A stretch of 64,000 nt of DNA from Candidatus Thermofontivivens primus (lineage in GTDB: Bacteria > Sysuimicrobiota > Sysuimicrobiia > Sysuimicrobiales > Thermofontiviventaceae): NCBI GenBank assembly GCA_031458695.1, contig JAVKJW010000004.1:61283-125282 (forward strand), read 5' to 3'. Below the pieces are notes generated by a model. It was not told the origin of the DNA and searched no databases. It was given only the letters and a program-made list of their open reading frames with translations. This document shows positions 44,116 through 54,668 of this stretch, piece after piece (within the stretch, counting starts at the first letter, position 1; each line of letters starts with the position of its first letter). The translations under genes and the position numbers were made by a program.

Positions 44116-44883
44116 CTACACAACCTCCTGCCGCAGTTCCTCCCATAGCATGTTGGCCAACTCGGCAGTTTTTGCCGACGCTACGGGAGTCTGCTCGCGG
44201 GGCCTAGGTGCGGCAGTTTCCACGATCCGCTTGATCTGTCCAGGCCGCCTTGTCATCAGGATCACGCGGTCAGCAAGCCTAAGAGCCTCTAGCAGATCGT
44301 GTGTCACGAAGAGGATGGTTGCCTGGATCTCCTGCCAAATGCGCAGCAACTCGTTCCCTAGAACTATCCGTGTCTGGGCATCGAGCGCTCCGAACGGCTC
44401 GTCCATGAGGAGGATCTGGGGGCGAAGGACTAGCGTTCGTGCAATGGCAACCCGTTGCCGCATACCCCCCGAGAGCTCCCGTGGGTAGTGGTGCTCAAAC
44501 CCCTGCAGCCCCACTAGCTGGATGACCTCTTTTGCCAGCGTCTCCTGCACGGCAGGGGGCACACCACGCGCCTTCAAGCCAAACTTCACATTCTCCAAAG
44601 TGCTCAACCAGGGGAACGTAGAGTCTTCCTGGAAGACGATCCCCACCTCTGTCCGCGGGCCCTGCACCGGCTTGCCAAGGACCACTACCTCGCCGGCTGT
44701 AGGGCTCTGGAGCCCCGCAATGATCTCGAGGAGTGTAGATTTCCCGCATCCGGAGGGGCCCACAATGGCGACGAATTCCCCTGCTTCCACGGAGAAACTG
44801 ACATCCCGCAACGCCTCAACGGGAGGCGCTCCGGTGTTGGGACGATAGACCTTGGACAGAGAGCGAACCTCAATGATCGGCAT
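44116..44883 (-). CDS. ABC transporter ATP-binding protein (NitT/TauT type)
   Basis: GPSGCGKS, LSGGMRQR and DEPFGALDAQTR. Confidence 0.95.
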   Translation of the reverse strand: MPIIEVRSLSKVYRPNTGAPPVEALRDVSFSVEAGEFVAIVGPSGCGKSTLLEIIAGLQSPTAGEVVVLGKPVQGPRTEVGIVFQEDSTFPWLSTLENVKFGLKARGVPPAVQETLAKEVIQLVGLQGFEHHYPRELSGGMRQRVAIARTLVLRPQILLMDEPFGALDAQTRIVLGNELLRIWQEIQATILFVTHDLLEALRLADRVILMTRRPGQIKRIVETAAPRPREQTPVASAKTAELANMLWEELRQEVV

Positions 44884-44888
44884 GCGCT

Positions 44889-45929
44889 TTAAGGCAACTC
44901 GATTCGCTGATCAGGATCCAGGAAACTCTGATCGACAATTTTACTCCATGGAATCTTAAAGTCCTTGGGAATGTCCCCTGCGATCCGCATTCCTTCCTCT
45001 GCCGTGAGCAGGCCCGTGCGGCTCAGGCGCCCATCGCTGTAATAAGCACCGACGTGCGCTCCCGAGGCGCGGAGGACCAGCATTCCTTGATCTTCCGTGA
45101 GGTTGTTGAGTCGCGCGTAGATGCGGGCGGCATCCCTGGGGTTGCTTAGGATGAACTCAACGCCTTTCCGTCGTGCCCTCAAGAACCCACGAACAACCTC
45201 TGGGTTCCGTTCGACCAACGACCTTCGCGCGAGAATGAGGGTCTGGAAGTAGAGCGGGACATATTTCTTGGCATAGAACAGGATCCTTGTATCAGATGCA
45301 CGGGTACTGTACGTCGGCTCCAGCATCGCAGCAGCATCGACCTCACGACGACGTAACAGCGCCAATCCCTCTCCGATCCCTCCTGCTGCAATGAGCTTCA
45401 CCTCCTTCGGGTCGATGCCGACCTTCTGCAGGCAGAGAATGGCAAGCTGCTCTGTCACGGAGCCTGGGCTCGTGTAGCTCATGCGTTTCCCTCGCAAATC
45501 CTCAATGCGAAGAATTGGAGAATCGGGAAGCACAACCCACGAGATGTCCCCTGGCGACTTTACGCCGCCACCTACGATCACAAAGGGTTCGCGGGCTCTT
45601 AAGATCGCCAAGACGGAAGCTGCTGTGGCAGCTTCTCCGAGAAGTAGGTTCCCCTCTGTGATAGCACGGATGGTCTCGCCACCACCTCTCGCTCCAACAA
45701 TATCCCGGATCTCTATCCCTTCAGCTCGGAAGTATCCCTTCTCCATCGCGACGGTAGTCGGAAGATGGTAGAGGAAGATTGGATACCACGTGATGGCGAT
45801 CGTACCAAGGTTGAATAGCCTTGGACCTGCGAAGGCACGACTCAGTGGCTGTGTAGCATACAAGGCACCAAGCACCGCAACTTGACGCAGGAACTGGCGT
45901 CGCGTCCAGCGGCGTAGGTGTTCATCCAT
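44889..45929 (-). CDS. ABC substrate-binding protein (NMT1/TauA-like), Tat signal
   Basis: TRRQFL twin-arginine motif; EKGYFRAEGI and DLRGKRM..PGS. Confidence 0.85.
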   Translation of the reverse strand: MDEHLRRWTRRQFLRQVAVLGALYATQPLSRAFAGPRLFNLGTIAITWYPIFLYHLPTTVAMEKGYFRAEGIEIRDIVGARGGGETIRAITEGNLLLGEAATAASVLAILRAREPFVIVGGGVKSPGDISWVVLPDSPILRIEDLRGKRMSYTSPGSVTEQLAILCLQKVGIDPKEVKLIAAGGIGEGLALLRRREVDAAAMLEPTYSTRASDTRILFYAKKYVPLYFQTLILARRSLVERNPEVVRGFLRARRKGVEFILSNPRDAARIYARLNNLTEDQGMLVLRASGAHVGAYYSDGRLSRTGLLTAEEGMRIAGDIPKDFKIPWSKIVDQSFLDPDQRIELP

Positions 45930-45984
45930 GCTTCCACCCCCCCTTCTATGTATTCCACAACTCAATATCTATTTATAGGATAGA

Positions 45985-46479
45985 TCAGCCAGTTGTGAGG
46001 CGTCTTCGTGCCCAGGCCTCGAGTCCGCCGCAGGTGATGATGTCTAGCAAGAACGGCGGCAACGAAGGCATACGGAAGACACGCCCGTCGACCTCGATCA
46101 CGCCGGCATCTGTGTCAATGCGAAGGCGAGAACCATCCCGAGCGGCGTCAACTGCCTCCCGACACGGAACCGCGAGCAGCCCCAGGTTGATGCAGTTCCG
46201 ATAAAAGATTCGGGCGAAGCTCTTGCCCACGAGACAACGAATGCCCCATGCCTTCATGGCAAGTGGGACGTGTTCACGGGACGACCCTGCCCCGAAATTC
46301 TCCCCGACGACGAGAATCGTGTCTTCCCGCAGCCGATCCCGTAGCGAAGGATCGAGCCCCTCGAACAAGTACCATTTCATTTGCTGCGGGTCCACAATAT
46401 TGAGATACGGGCCAGGGTAAAGAACGTCGGTGTCCACATTGTCCCTGGCAATGAGAAGCGCGGTGCCTTCAAAGATCAT
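45985..46479 (-). CDS. LeuD/DmdB-type hydro-lyase small subunit
   Basis: DNVDTD, GENFGAGSSREH and SFARIFYRNCINLGL. Confidence 0.92.
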   Translation of the reverse strand: MIFEGTALLIARDNVDTDVLYPGPYLNIVDPQQMKWYLFEGLDPSLRDRLREDTILVVGENFGAGSSREHVPLAMKAWGIRCLVGKSFARIFYRNCINLGLLAVPCREAVDAARDGSRLRIDTDAGVIEVDGRVFRMPSLPPFLLDIITCGGLEAWARRRLTTG

Positions 46480-47750
46480 GCGCGCACCTCCGCCAGGAAT
46501 TCGGCTGGGTGGACGATCTCCCCGGCAACCGCTGCTGAGGCTGCCACCCAGGCGTTCGCGAGGTACACCTCCGCTTCCGGGGAGCCCATACGACCCCGGA
46601 AGTTCCGGTTGGTGGTTGTGACTGCACGCTCGCCTGCGGCGAGCACGCCCATATGGCCACCGAAGCAGGCCCCACACGTGGGAGGTGAAACGATCGCACC
46701 AGCCTCAAGGAAAACATCGATCAGCCCCTCGCGGAGAGCTTGCCGGTAGATCGAGGACGTTGCGGGCACAATGATCGCCCGCACGCGCGGGTGTACGCGG
46801 CGACCGCGGAGCACCTCCGCCGCCTGTCGCAGGTCGGTGAGAGTACCGTTCGCGCAGTTGCCGATGTAGACCTGGTCAATGCGAACCCCCCGCGCGTCCT
46901 CCACGGGGATCACGTTGCCTGGGGAGTGGGGCGCGGCCACAAGGGGTGAAAGTGCATCGAGTGCGATCCGAACCCGCTGCGCGAACTGCGCATGAGGATC
47001 CGAGCGCTCGGCCACCCAAGGACGGGTGGTGCGGCCCTGGAGGTATGCTGCTGTGGTTGCATCGGCAGGAAATAGACCTGTCTCGGCCCCCGCCTCAACA
47101 GCCATATTGGACACCGCAAGGCGTTCGTCAATCGAGAGGGATTCTGCCCCAGCCCCCACGAACTCTAGCACGTGGTTCGTGCCCCCCGCCACGCCGATGT
47201 GGGCAATCACTGCGAGGATGAGGTCTTTCCCTGTGATGAACGGAGGCCTCGTGCCCTCAAAGACAACCTGGATCGTGCCAGGGACTACTTGCCAGAACTC
47301 TCCGAAGGCTAAACAGAACGCAATGTCCGTCGATCCAAGACCGGTTCCAAAAGCGCCAAGTGCGCCATACGTGCACGTATGCGAGTCGCCACCTGCAATC
47401 ACTGTACCAGGGACCACCCATCCTTCCTCGCAGAGCAATGTATGCTCGATCCCACCCCTTCCCTGGCCATAGAAGGTTACCCCTTGCGATTCGCACCATT
47501 CCTCTAGCGACCTCAGCAGCGCGGCTGACATGGCGTCCTTGGCCGGGGTAAAGTGGTCTGCAACCATCACCACCTTCTGGGGGTCGAACACTCTCCGCGC
47601 TCCCATCCGCTCCATGGCACGGAACGCAACAGGGCCGGAGATGTCATTTGCCAAAACAACATCGCAACGCACCATGATGATGTCGCCAGGGGCGATATCC
47701 GCAGCGTCCGTATGTGCCAAGAGGATCTTCTCAACAAGCGTATGTGGCAT
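46476..47750 (-). CDS. LeuC/DmdA/HacA-type [4Fe-4S] hydro-lyase large subunit
   Basis: DH, GIEH, GDSHTCTYGA, IGNCANG, CGACFG and NRNFRGRMG. Confidence 0.93.
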   Translation of the reverse strand: MPHTLVEKILLAHTDAADIAPGDIIMVRCDVVLANDISGPVAFRAMERMGARRVFDPQKVVMVADHFTPAKDAMSAALLRSLEEWCESQGVTFYGQGRGGIEHTLLCEEGWVVPGTVIAGGDSHTCTYGALGAFGTGLGSTDIAFCLAFGEFWQVVPGTIQVVFEGTRPPFITGKDLILAVIAHIGVAGGTNHVLEFVGAGAESLSIDERLAVSNMAVEAGAETGLFPADATTAAYLQGRTTRPWVAERSDPHAQFAQRVRIALDALSPLVAAPHSPGNVIPVEDARGVRIDQVYIGNCANGTLTDLRQAAEVLRGRRVHPRVRAIIVPATSSIYRQALREGLIDVFLEAGAIVSPPTCGACFGGHMGVLAAGERAVTTTNRNFRGRMGSPEAEVYLANAWVAASAAVAGEIVHPAEFLAEVRA

Positions 47751-47762
47751 CGAAGTTCCTCC

Positions 47763-48656
47763 TCATCTTGACACAGCCATGAACCTGCCTGCCCGGTATA
47801 CCTGCCCCGGAAGAGGATGGCCAAGAACCTCCTCAAGCCACCTCGCTACTGCAATGAGTCCGTCTAAATCTATACCTGTTTCAATGCCCTCACCGTCCAG
47901 CATGTACACGAGGTCCTCCGTGGCGATATTGCCAGCTGCCCGAGGTGCAAACGGGCAACCACCAATGCCACCCACCGAGGCGTCGAACACGCTCGCTCCT
48001 TCCTCCATTGCGACATATGCATTCGCAAGCCCCGTGTTCCGCGTGTTATGCAGGTGAACGCCTATGGGCCTGCCCAGCCTCACTCCTTCCCGAACCAGGT
48101 GGCGTACCTGCTTAGGTACAGCGACTCCAATGGTGTCTGCGAACACGATCTCATCGGCACCGGCTGCTACCAGTCGCTCGGCAAATGCCAGGACTCGACC
48201 TGGATCCACCCGTCCCTCAAACGGGCAGCCGAAGGAGGCGCCGATCGTGATCGTGGCACGGATCCCGTCCGCATGAGCCCTGGCAATAATTCGCTCGGCT
48301 ACCGCGAGGGATTCCTCGACGCTTGAATTCTGGTTTCGCCGGTTAAACGTCTCTGTGGCAGCAAAGGCAAAGTGGACTTCTTTCAGCCCAACTGCATGCA
48401 GGCGATCGTATCCCTTCTCATTGAGTACGAGACCTGCGTACACAGTGCTGTATCGTACGTCGAGTGCGCTTACCACGTCCTCAGCCCCGGCCATCTGTGG
48501 GACCCGTGACGGGCTCACAAAGCTTGCTACCTCGATCTTCGGGATTCCTGTACTGGCCAAGCGGTTACACAACTCTGCACGCACTCCAGGAGGGAGAACA
48601 GAGGGCTCGTTCTGGAGACCATCCCTTGGACCTACCTCCACAACTGTGACCTGCAT
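47763..48656 (-). CDS. HMG-CoA lyase family acyl-CoA lyase
   Basis: EVGPRDGLQNE, FGCPFEG, HLHNTR and GGCPFAPRAAGNIATED. Confidence 0.92.
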   Translation of the reverse strand: MQVTVVEVGPRDGLQNEPSVLPPGVRAELCNRLASTGIPKIEVASFVSPSRVPQMAGAEDVVSALDVRYSTVYAGLVLNEKGYDRLHAVGLKEVHFAFAATETFNRRNQNSSVEESLAVAERIIARAHADGIRATITIGASFGCPFEGRVDPGRVLAFAERLVAAGADEIVFADTIGVAVPKQVRHLVREGVRLGRPIGVHLHNTRNTGLANAYVAMEEGASVFDASVGGIGGCPFAPRAAGNIATEDLVYMLDGEGIETGIDLDGLIAVARWLEEVLGHPLPGQVYRAGRFMAVSR

Positions 48657-49849
48657 CAAATAATCCCCCTCTCACGGAGGTCCGCCACCTCTGCCTCACT
48701 CAGGCCGAGCAGGCCGCAATAGATCTCGTAGTTGTGCTGCCCCAGCTCCGGGCCCGTCCAGCGGATCTCGCCTGGGGTGTTAGAAAGTTTGGGGAAAACA
48801 TTCTGCATGGGCAACCTTCCAATCCCGGGGGCGTCTTTCCAGACGATGTCTTCTCGCGCCTGAAAGTGCGGATCCTCCAACATCTCCTTCGCCGTATAGA
48901 TCTTTCCAGCCGGAACTCCTGCGGCCTCGAGGATCTCTAAGAGTTGATCGATGGGAAGCGTGGCAGTCCACTCTGCAATGATCTCATCCAGGAGCTCCAT
49001 GTTCTCGCCGCGAGCGTCATGGGTCGCAAACCTGGGATCCTCGGCCAACTCAGGCCTCCCCATCGCTTGGGCGAGCCTGCGGAATACACTATCCGCATTT
49101 GCTCCCATGACGAGCCACTGACCATCCCGCGTTGGGTAGATGTTCGAGGGCGCCACCCCTGGCAAGACCGAGCCCGTGCGCGTCCGTACATAGCCAGTGA
49201 GGGCATACTCGGGAATGGTGCTTTCCATATAGGCGAGCACAGCTTCATAGATCCCAATGTCCACAACCTGGCCACGTCCGCCCCTGACTTCCCGGTGATA
49301 GAGTGCGGCGAGAGCGCCAAGAGCTCCCAGGGTTCCTGCCAGGGCATCCCCTATGGAGATACCAACCCGGGTAGGCGGCCTGTCAGGGTAGCCGGTGATG
49401 TGGCGAAGTCCGCCCATCGCCTCTGCGATGCTGCCGAAGCCCGCCCTATTCCGGTAAGGACCAGTCTGCCCATATCCTGACACCCGCACCATGATCAGCC
49501 CGGGGTTCTCGCGGGAAAGTTCCTCGTATCCCAAACCCCACTCCTCCAGGGTTCCGGGGCGGAAGTTTTCAACCACGATATCGCTCTTGGCGATGAGGCG
49601 CCTTGCCACTGCCTGCCCTTCTTCTGTGCGCAGGTCGAGGGTAATAGATTTCTTGTTCCGCGCAATGATCGGCCACCATAGGCTTCTCCCGTTCACCTTC
49701 CGGTGTCCCCACCTACGCATGGGGTCCCCTGAGCCTGGTGGTTCGATCTTAATCACCTCGGCGCCAAGGTCTCCTAAAAGCTGCCCACAGAAAGGCCCCG
49801 CAAGCAGCATCCCCATTTCTACGACACGGACACCTTCAAGGGCCCCCAT
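48656..49849 (-). CDS. Class III (CaiB/BaiF) CoA-transferase
   Basis: AGPF, LGAEVIKIEPP, RNKKSITLDL, ENFRPG and GYGQTGP. Confidence 0.93.
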   Translation of the reverse strand: MGALEGVRVVEMGMLLAGPFCGQLLGDLGAEVIKIEPPGSGDPMRRWGHRKVNGRSLWWPIIARNKKSITLDLRTEEGQAVARRLIAKSDIVVENFRPGTLEEWGLGYEELSRENPGLIMVRVSGYGQTGPYRNRAGFGSIAEAMGGLRHITGYPDRPPTRVGISIGDALAGTLGALGALAALYHREVRGGRGQVVDIGIYEAVLAYMESTIPEYALTGYVRTRTGSVLPGVAPSNIYPTRDGQWLVMGANADSVFRRLAQAMGRPELAEDPRFATHDARGENMELLDEIIAEWTATLPIDQLLEILEAAGVPAGKIYTAKEMLEDPHFQAREDIVWKDAPGIGRLPMQNVFPKLSNTPGEIRWTGPELGQHNYEIYCGLLGLSEAEVADLRERGII

Positions 49850-49947
49850 AACTTGCATCCACCTCGCTCCCTGGGCATTCCGCAACTGTTCTTGAACCTC
49901 TCAGGATCCGCATCCACGATGATCGGTATAACTGGAGCCGGTGGTAC

Positions 49948-50643
49948 TCATACACCGGCGTCCTGAAGCATCGAGAGCACGAAGTCTCTCCCCTGATAGA
50001 TATGCGCCCGCATCAAGACTTCGGCTTGGTCGCCATCTTTCTGCTCCAGAGCCTGGGCGATCTTTCGATGGTAGTAGTTCGACAGCGCATACTCTCGGGG
50101 ACTGTAGCCGAAGAAAGATCTATAGACGAGGGGGATTTGGATCGTGCGGTTCAAGAGCTTCACCAAGCGCTGATTTCGACTCGCCACGTGGATCGTGTGA
50201 TGAAATTCATTGTTGCGCACGGTAAACCAGCGCACTGCATCCTCGTGGCTCGCAAAGGCTTCGAGGTTAAAACCTTCCATTTCCGCTACCAGCTGACGTA
50301 ACCGGTCCACCTCACTGGGTGTGATCTCGTTGGCAGCATGGCGTGCGGCATGACCTTCCAATAAGGCGCGAAGATCATAGATCTCCAGTACGTCCTGCGG
50401 TGTATATGAGCAAACGACTGCCCCTCGATTGGGGATGAGGGAGACCAGCCCTTCAGCCTCGAGTCGCGTCAGGGCTTGACGGATTGGGGTACGGCTCATG
50501 CCGAGCTCCCGTGCAAGCCGCTCCTCGATCAACCGCTCGCGCGGCCGAAAGGTCCCATTCAGAATGCGCGCCCGGATTTCCACATAAGCATCCAGGCTGT
50601 TATTCACCCTTTTCCCCGGAAGAGAGACTGAGGGAACTGTCAT
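49948..50643 (-). CDS. GntR family regulator (FCD domain)
   Basis: LGMSRTPIRQAL..L, FHHTIH and MRAHI; start chosen downstream of the promoter. Confidence 0.9.
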   Translation of the reverse strand: MTVPSVSLPGKRVNNSLDAYVEIRARILNGTFRPRERLIEERLARELGMSRTPIRQALTRLEAEGLVSLIPNRGAVVCSYTPQDVLEIYDLRALLEGHAARHAANEITPSEVDRLRQLVAEMEGFNLEAFASHEDAVRWFTVRNNEFHHTIHVASRNQRLVKLLNRTIQIPLVYRSFFGYSPREYALSNYYHRKIAQALEQKDGDQAEVLMRAHIYQGRDFVLSMLQDAGV

Positions 50644-50655
50644 AGCTTGGTCAAG

Positions 50656-50799
50656 ATTGTACACAATTTGTCTAAAAATAGCAATGCGAACTCGTATTCG
50701 ATAGATTGAGTATCTAAAAAGCCCATTTTAACCTGCTTTCTCCGAGGCAATTTTTTTGAAAAACGTGTACCAGGTGCCAACGCACAAATTGTATACGAT
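50656..50799 (-). promoter_or_regulatory. Promoter and two GntR/FadR-type operator boxes
   Basis: TTGCTA-N17-TACAAT (50684-50656); ATTGTACACAAT at 50656-50667 and ATTGTATACGAT at 50788-50799. Confidence 0.7.
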
Positions 50800-50874
50800 G
50801 GAAAGGCTCAATGGGCTCTTCCACTTAGGTATGGGGAATTTTCCCCGCGAGAGCAAAGGGTTTCGACGAGCGGA

Positions 50875-52092
50875 CTATCGGGGTCCCATCCCTCGTTCCC
50901 TCGCAAGTCGCTCCGCGTACCCTCCCTGGCGGAAAGCGGCAACAGGATCTGGAGGGACCCCCATCTCCTCGCGCACAACGGCGAGCAAAGGCCTGACATC
51001 AGTCTCGTAGGCCTCCTGGAGCACACGGTGCGCCCCCAACACATCCATCTCCTCCTGGACCTCACGCAACCTCCGGCGATCCACCAGGAGAGCTTTCGTA
51101 TAAGCGATCTGGATGTTCACCACGGACTGGATCATGGCCTCGATCTTCCCCTCGATGTTGTGGGACTGATCGATCATGTAAGCTACTTCCCGTGCGCAGC
51201 GGGAAACGGTGGGGTCTGGATCCCTCTCAGCGGCGACGATCTCGTTCATGATCAGGAAGAGCTCATACGGGTTGGTTGTGCCCACAATGAGGTCATCATC
51301 GGCGTACTTGCGGCTGTTAAAGTGAAAGCCCCCCAGTCGCCCCTCGTCCAGGAGGAAAGCCACAATATGCTCGATGTTCGTCCCCTGGGGATGGTGCCCC
51401 GTGTCAACAAGCACCTGCGCCGCAGGCCCAAGTCTCTGGCAAGTGGTAAATGCCATCCCCCAATCCGCAAGATCCGTGTGATAAAAAGCAGGCTCGAAGA
51501 ACTTGTACTCCACAAGCATGCGCATTCCAGGTGGTAAAGCGGCGTAAACCTGCTGCAGGCTCTCTATAAGGCGGCGCTTGCGTGCGCGGAAGTCGTCCTG
51601 CCCGGGGTAGTTGGTGCCGTCGGCAAACCAAAGGCTGAGAATGGTAGAGCCCAAGGACTTAGCGATCTCCACACACTCCAGGATGTGACGGATCGCCTTC
51701 TGACGCACTTTCTCATCCGGATGGCAAACGCTCCCCAGGCGGTAGTCGTCATCCTGGAAGACGTTGGGGTTGACCGCGCCAATTCGGATGCCCAGGTCTG
51801 ACGCGTATCGCCTCAGCGCACCCCAGTCCTCCACCCAGTCCCAGGGGATGTGGATTGCCACCGAAGGGCACACACCAGTCAGCTGGTGGACGAGCGCGGC
51901 ATCAGCTAGTTTCTCCCAGATGTTCCGGGCCGCTCCCGGCCAGGGGAAGACTTTGAACCGAGTCCCGCTATTTCCGTACCCCCACGAAGGAGTCTCAATA
52001 GCAAGGCGCTTGATGGCATCCTTCACAGCCTCAACATCAATCCCACGATCGACCAAGCGCGTAGCAAGAATACGGTACTCGTCCATCGTCAT
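50875..52092 (-). CDS. rhaI: L-rhamnose isomerase family protein (RhaI type)
   Basis: [44 protein letters not shown] and MIDQSHN. Confidence 0.88.
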   Translation of the reverse strand: MTMDEYRILATRLVDRGIDVEAVKDAIKRLAIETPSWGYGNSGTRFKVFPWPGAARNIWEKLADAALVHQLTGVCPSVAIHIPWDWVEDWGALRRYASDLGIRIGAVNPNVFQDDDYRLGSVCHPDEKVRQKAIRHILECVEIAKSLGSTILSLWFADGTNYPGQDDFRARKRRLIESLQQVYAALPPGMRMLVEYKFFEPAFYHTDLADWGMAFTTCQRLGPAAQVLVDTGHHPQGTNIEHIVAFLLDEGRLGGFHFNSRKYADDDLIVGTTNPYELFLIMNEIVAAERDPDPTVSRCAREVAYMIDQSHNIEGKIEAMIQSVVNIQIAYTKALLVDRRRLREVQEEMDVLGAHRVLQEAYETDVRPLLAVVREEMGVPPDPVAAFRQGGYAERLARERGMGPR

Positions 52093-52284
52093 CCATCGAT
52101 CCCTCCTACATCCTCGCTCGGGAAAGGGCGCCGTTTGCGAGGGAGGCTGGTACTTGCGGTATAGCCTCCTGCACTTCTGACTTCCTCCTTCTCCTTCTAT
52201 GCACAATTTCCCTCCGGTTCACGGGAGATCATGTACTTGTTCCATCGAATGCGGAGGATCTAAGTACCTGCTACAAAAAGGAGA

Positions 52285-52313
52285 TTGACCGAATTGTACG
52301 GTCATGCTAACAT
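52285..52313 (+). promoter_or_regulatory. Promoter with an overlapping palindrome
   Basis: TTGACC-N17-TAACAT; TGACCG-N7-CGGTCA at 52286-52304. Confidence 0.6.
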
Positions 52314-52332
52314 CAGGACGAGGAGATTCCCC

Positions 52333-53061
52333 ATGGCTAAAGTCGACGTTACAAGCGTGATTCCCCTCTATTTCCAGGTACGTGAGGATATCCGGCGTCG
52401 TATTGAATCTGGGGAATGGAAACCTGGGGATCCCATCCCTTCTGAGACAGAACTGCAGTCTATGTACGGCGTCAGCCGCGCCACCATCCGCCAGGCCCTT
52501 ACCGAAATCGTGCGCGAGGGGCTGCTCATCCGGAAGCAAGGACGTGGGACATTCGTGGCTCCCCAGAAGATCGCAGAAACGCTACCCAGGCTTGTCAGCT
52601 TCACAGAGGAGATGCGGAGGCGAGGGCTCACCCCCTCTACTCGAAGGATCAAAGTGGAGGTACTGCCCGAAGCTCCGAAACGGGTTCAAGAAGCATTGGG
52701 CACCCCTGCCAGCGAACCCTTCCTTCGGATCGAACGCGTTCGCTGTGCAGATGATCGCCCCATTGTGCTCCTCGTTTCCTATCTTCCAGGATCGCTTGGG
52801 ATCGATCCCAAAGAGGACTTCTCGGGCTCTTTGTACGAACTCCTCGAGGTCAAGTATGGAATCAGGCTTGGGGAGGCCCTCCAAGTCATTGAAGCCGGAG
52901 TCGCGGATGAGACCCTTGCGGAGCAACTGGAAATCGATGAAGGAGATCCCATCCTCATTATTCGCAGGAGCACGTTCTCGAAAGCGAAAGCTCCGGTGGA
53001 GTATGTAGAGGGGTTCTATGCCGCCGAACGCTACCGCTATTCCATCCGATTGGAACGTTGA
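52333..53061 (+). CDS. GntR family regulator (HutC/UTRA)
   Basis: PLYFQV, IPSETEL..YGVSRATIRQAL, QGRGTFV and a UTRA C-terminus. Confidence 0.92.
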   Translation: MAKVDVTSVIPLYFQVREDIRRRIESGEWKPGDPIPSETELQSMYGVSRATIRQALTEIVREGLLIRKQGRGTFVAPQKIAETLPRLVSFTEEMRRRGLTPSTRRIKVEVLPEAPKRVQEALGTPASEPFLRIERVRCADDRPIVLLVSYLPGSLGIDPKEDFSGSLYELLEVKYGIRLGEALQVIEAGVADETLAEQLEIDEGDPILIIRRSTFSKAKAPVEYVEGFYAAERYRYSIRLER

Positions 53062-53166
53062 TGGAAGGAAGACCAACTTCCTGGACAAGGAGGTGGGAGG
53101 GGCAAAGGATCGTTGAACGAGAAGAGGTATCACTGCGGCGGAGATCCAAGGAGGAGGTGAAAGGAC

Positions 53167-54657
53167 ATGTGGTACCGCTCCCGCGGTGTATGTTTTCTGA
53201 TCATCACCCTTCTCTCCATCTCCCTACTGACTGCAGGAGCCTCCGGTCAGCAGAAACGCTTCTCTGGAGTCACCCTTACGGTAATCACACAGAACCCACC
53301 CTACATTGCCAAGGCTGTGCAGATGTTTGCCCCAGAGTGGGAGAAGCGGACGGGCGGGAAGATCAACCTCGTCACAGCCCCATTCGGTGAGCTCTATTCC
53401 AAACTCATGTCTTCCTTCACTCTTGGCACCGCTGCCTATGACCTCTCCCTGTTTGCTTCTGCATGGATGGGGGACTTCGCTGGGAACAAGTACCTCTTAG
53501 ACCTTACCGACCGCATCAAAGCCGACAAGGACCTCAAGTGGGAGGATATCCTCCCTACATACCAGCAAACGGTAACATGGGGAGGTCGCCTCTATGCTCT
53601 CCCCATTGACGGAGATGTGCACACGGTGTACTATCGCCGTGACGCCCTTGAGAACCCTAAGTACAAGGCGCAGTTCAAGGCAAAGTATGGCTACGACCTC
53701 CGCCCGCCCCAGACTTGGAAAGAGTACCGGGACATCGCCGAGTTCTTCAATGGCTGGGATTGGGTCGGTGATGGAAAGAAGCACTATGGTGTCCTCGAGG
53801 CCTTCAAGCGTGGTGGCCAGGCATTCTGGTTCTTTATGTCCCATGCTGCAGCCTACGTGAGCGTCCCGGGCCAGAAAGGGAACATGTTCTTCGACCCAGA
53901 CACCATGAAACCACAGATCAACAATCCAGGGTTCGTCAAAGCCCTTGAGGACTGGGTTGCGCTCGTGAAGTTCGGACCACCAGGGATGATCAACTTCGAT
54001 TCTGGAGACGTGCGGAGCCAGTTTGCTGCTGGCACAGCGGCGCTGGCCCTCGACTGGGGCGATACAGGGATCGTGGGCGATACCGACCCCAAGTCAGTGG
54101 TCAAGGGGAAGATCGGGACTATCGTCCTCCCAGGATCCCTGGAGGTCTACAACTATAAGACCGGGAAGTGGACGAAACTCACGAAACCGAACGTCGCGCC
54201 TTATCTAGCATTTGGAGGATGGGTCTGCGGGGTGATGGCAACCACCAAACATCCTGATGCCGCCTATGACTTCTGTCGGACCATCGCCGAACCAAAGAAC
54301 AGCTACATCGCCGTAACCACTGCAGAAACTGGCCTGAACCCGTTCAGGGCGTCGCACTTCGCAGACCTCTCAGGATGGAAGAAGTTTGGCTTCGTGGAAC
54401 CTGATCTGAGTTCCTACCTTGGGGCGATCAAAGCCTCGCTCTCCCATCCCAATGCCCAGCTGGACCTGAAGCTACCGGGTCAGGCACGTTACCTGGATGC
54501 GTTGGAGACGCAGCTTGCCCGTGCCGCAGCTGGTGAGATCTCTCCCAAAGCCGCACTCGACGCGGCGGCAGCCGAATGGGAGAAGATCACCAACGAGCTC
54601 GGACGCGACAAGATGCGAAGGCTCTACCGCGAATGGCTTGGTTTGCCAGCAAAGTAG
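53167..54657 (+). CDS. Carbohydrate ABC substrate-binding protein (CUT1)
   Basis: Signal peptide; YALPIDGD..YYRRD and PPQTWKEY. Confidence 0.88.
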   Translation: MWYRSRGVCFLIITLLSISLLTAGASGQQKRFSGVTLTVITQNPPYIAKAVQMFAPEWEKRTGGKINLVTAPFGELYSKLMSSFTLGTAAYDLSLFASAWMGDFAGNKYLLDLTDRIKADKDLKWEDILPTYQQTVTWGGRLYALPIDGDVHTVYYRRDALENPKYKAQFKAKYGYDLRPPQTWKEYRDIAEFFNGWDWVGDGKKHYGVLEAFKRGGQAFWFFMSHAAAYVSVPGQKGNMFFDPDTMKPQINNPGFVKALEDWVALVKFGPPGMINFDSGDVRSQFAAGTAALALDWGDTGIVGDTDPKSVVKGKIGTIVLPGSLEVYNYKTGKWTKLTKPNVAPYLAFGGWVCGVMATTKHPDAAYDFCRTIAEPKNSYIAVTTAETGLNPFRASHFADLSGWKKFGFVEPDLSSYLGAIKASLSHPNAQLDLKLPGQARYLDALETQLARAAAGEISPKAALDAAAAEWEKITNELGRDKMRRLYREWLGLPAK

Positions 54658-54668
54658 ACCTCCAGCCG

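Noticed and set aside
45985..47750. Leucine-biosynthetic leuCD
   Set aside because: No leuA, leuB or ilv genes; embedded in a GntR-controlled catabolic and transport operon.
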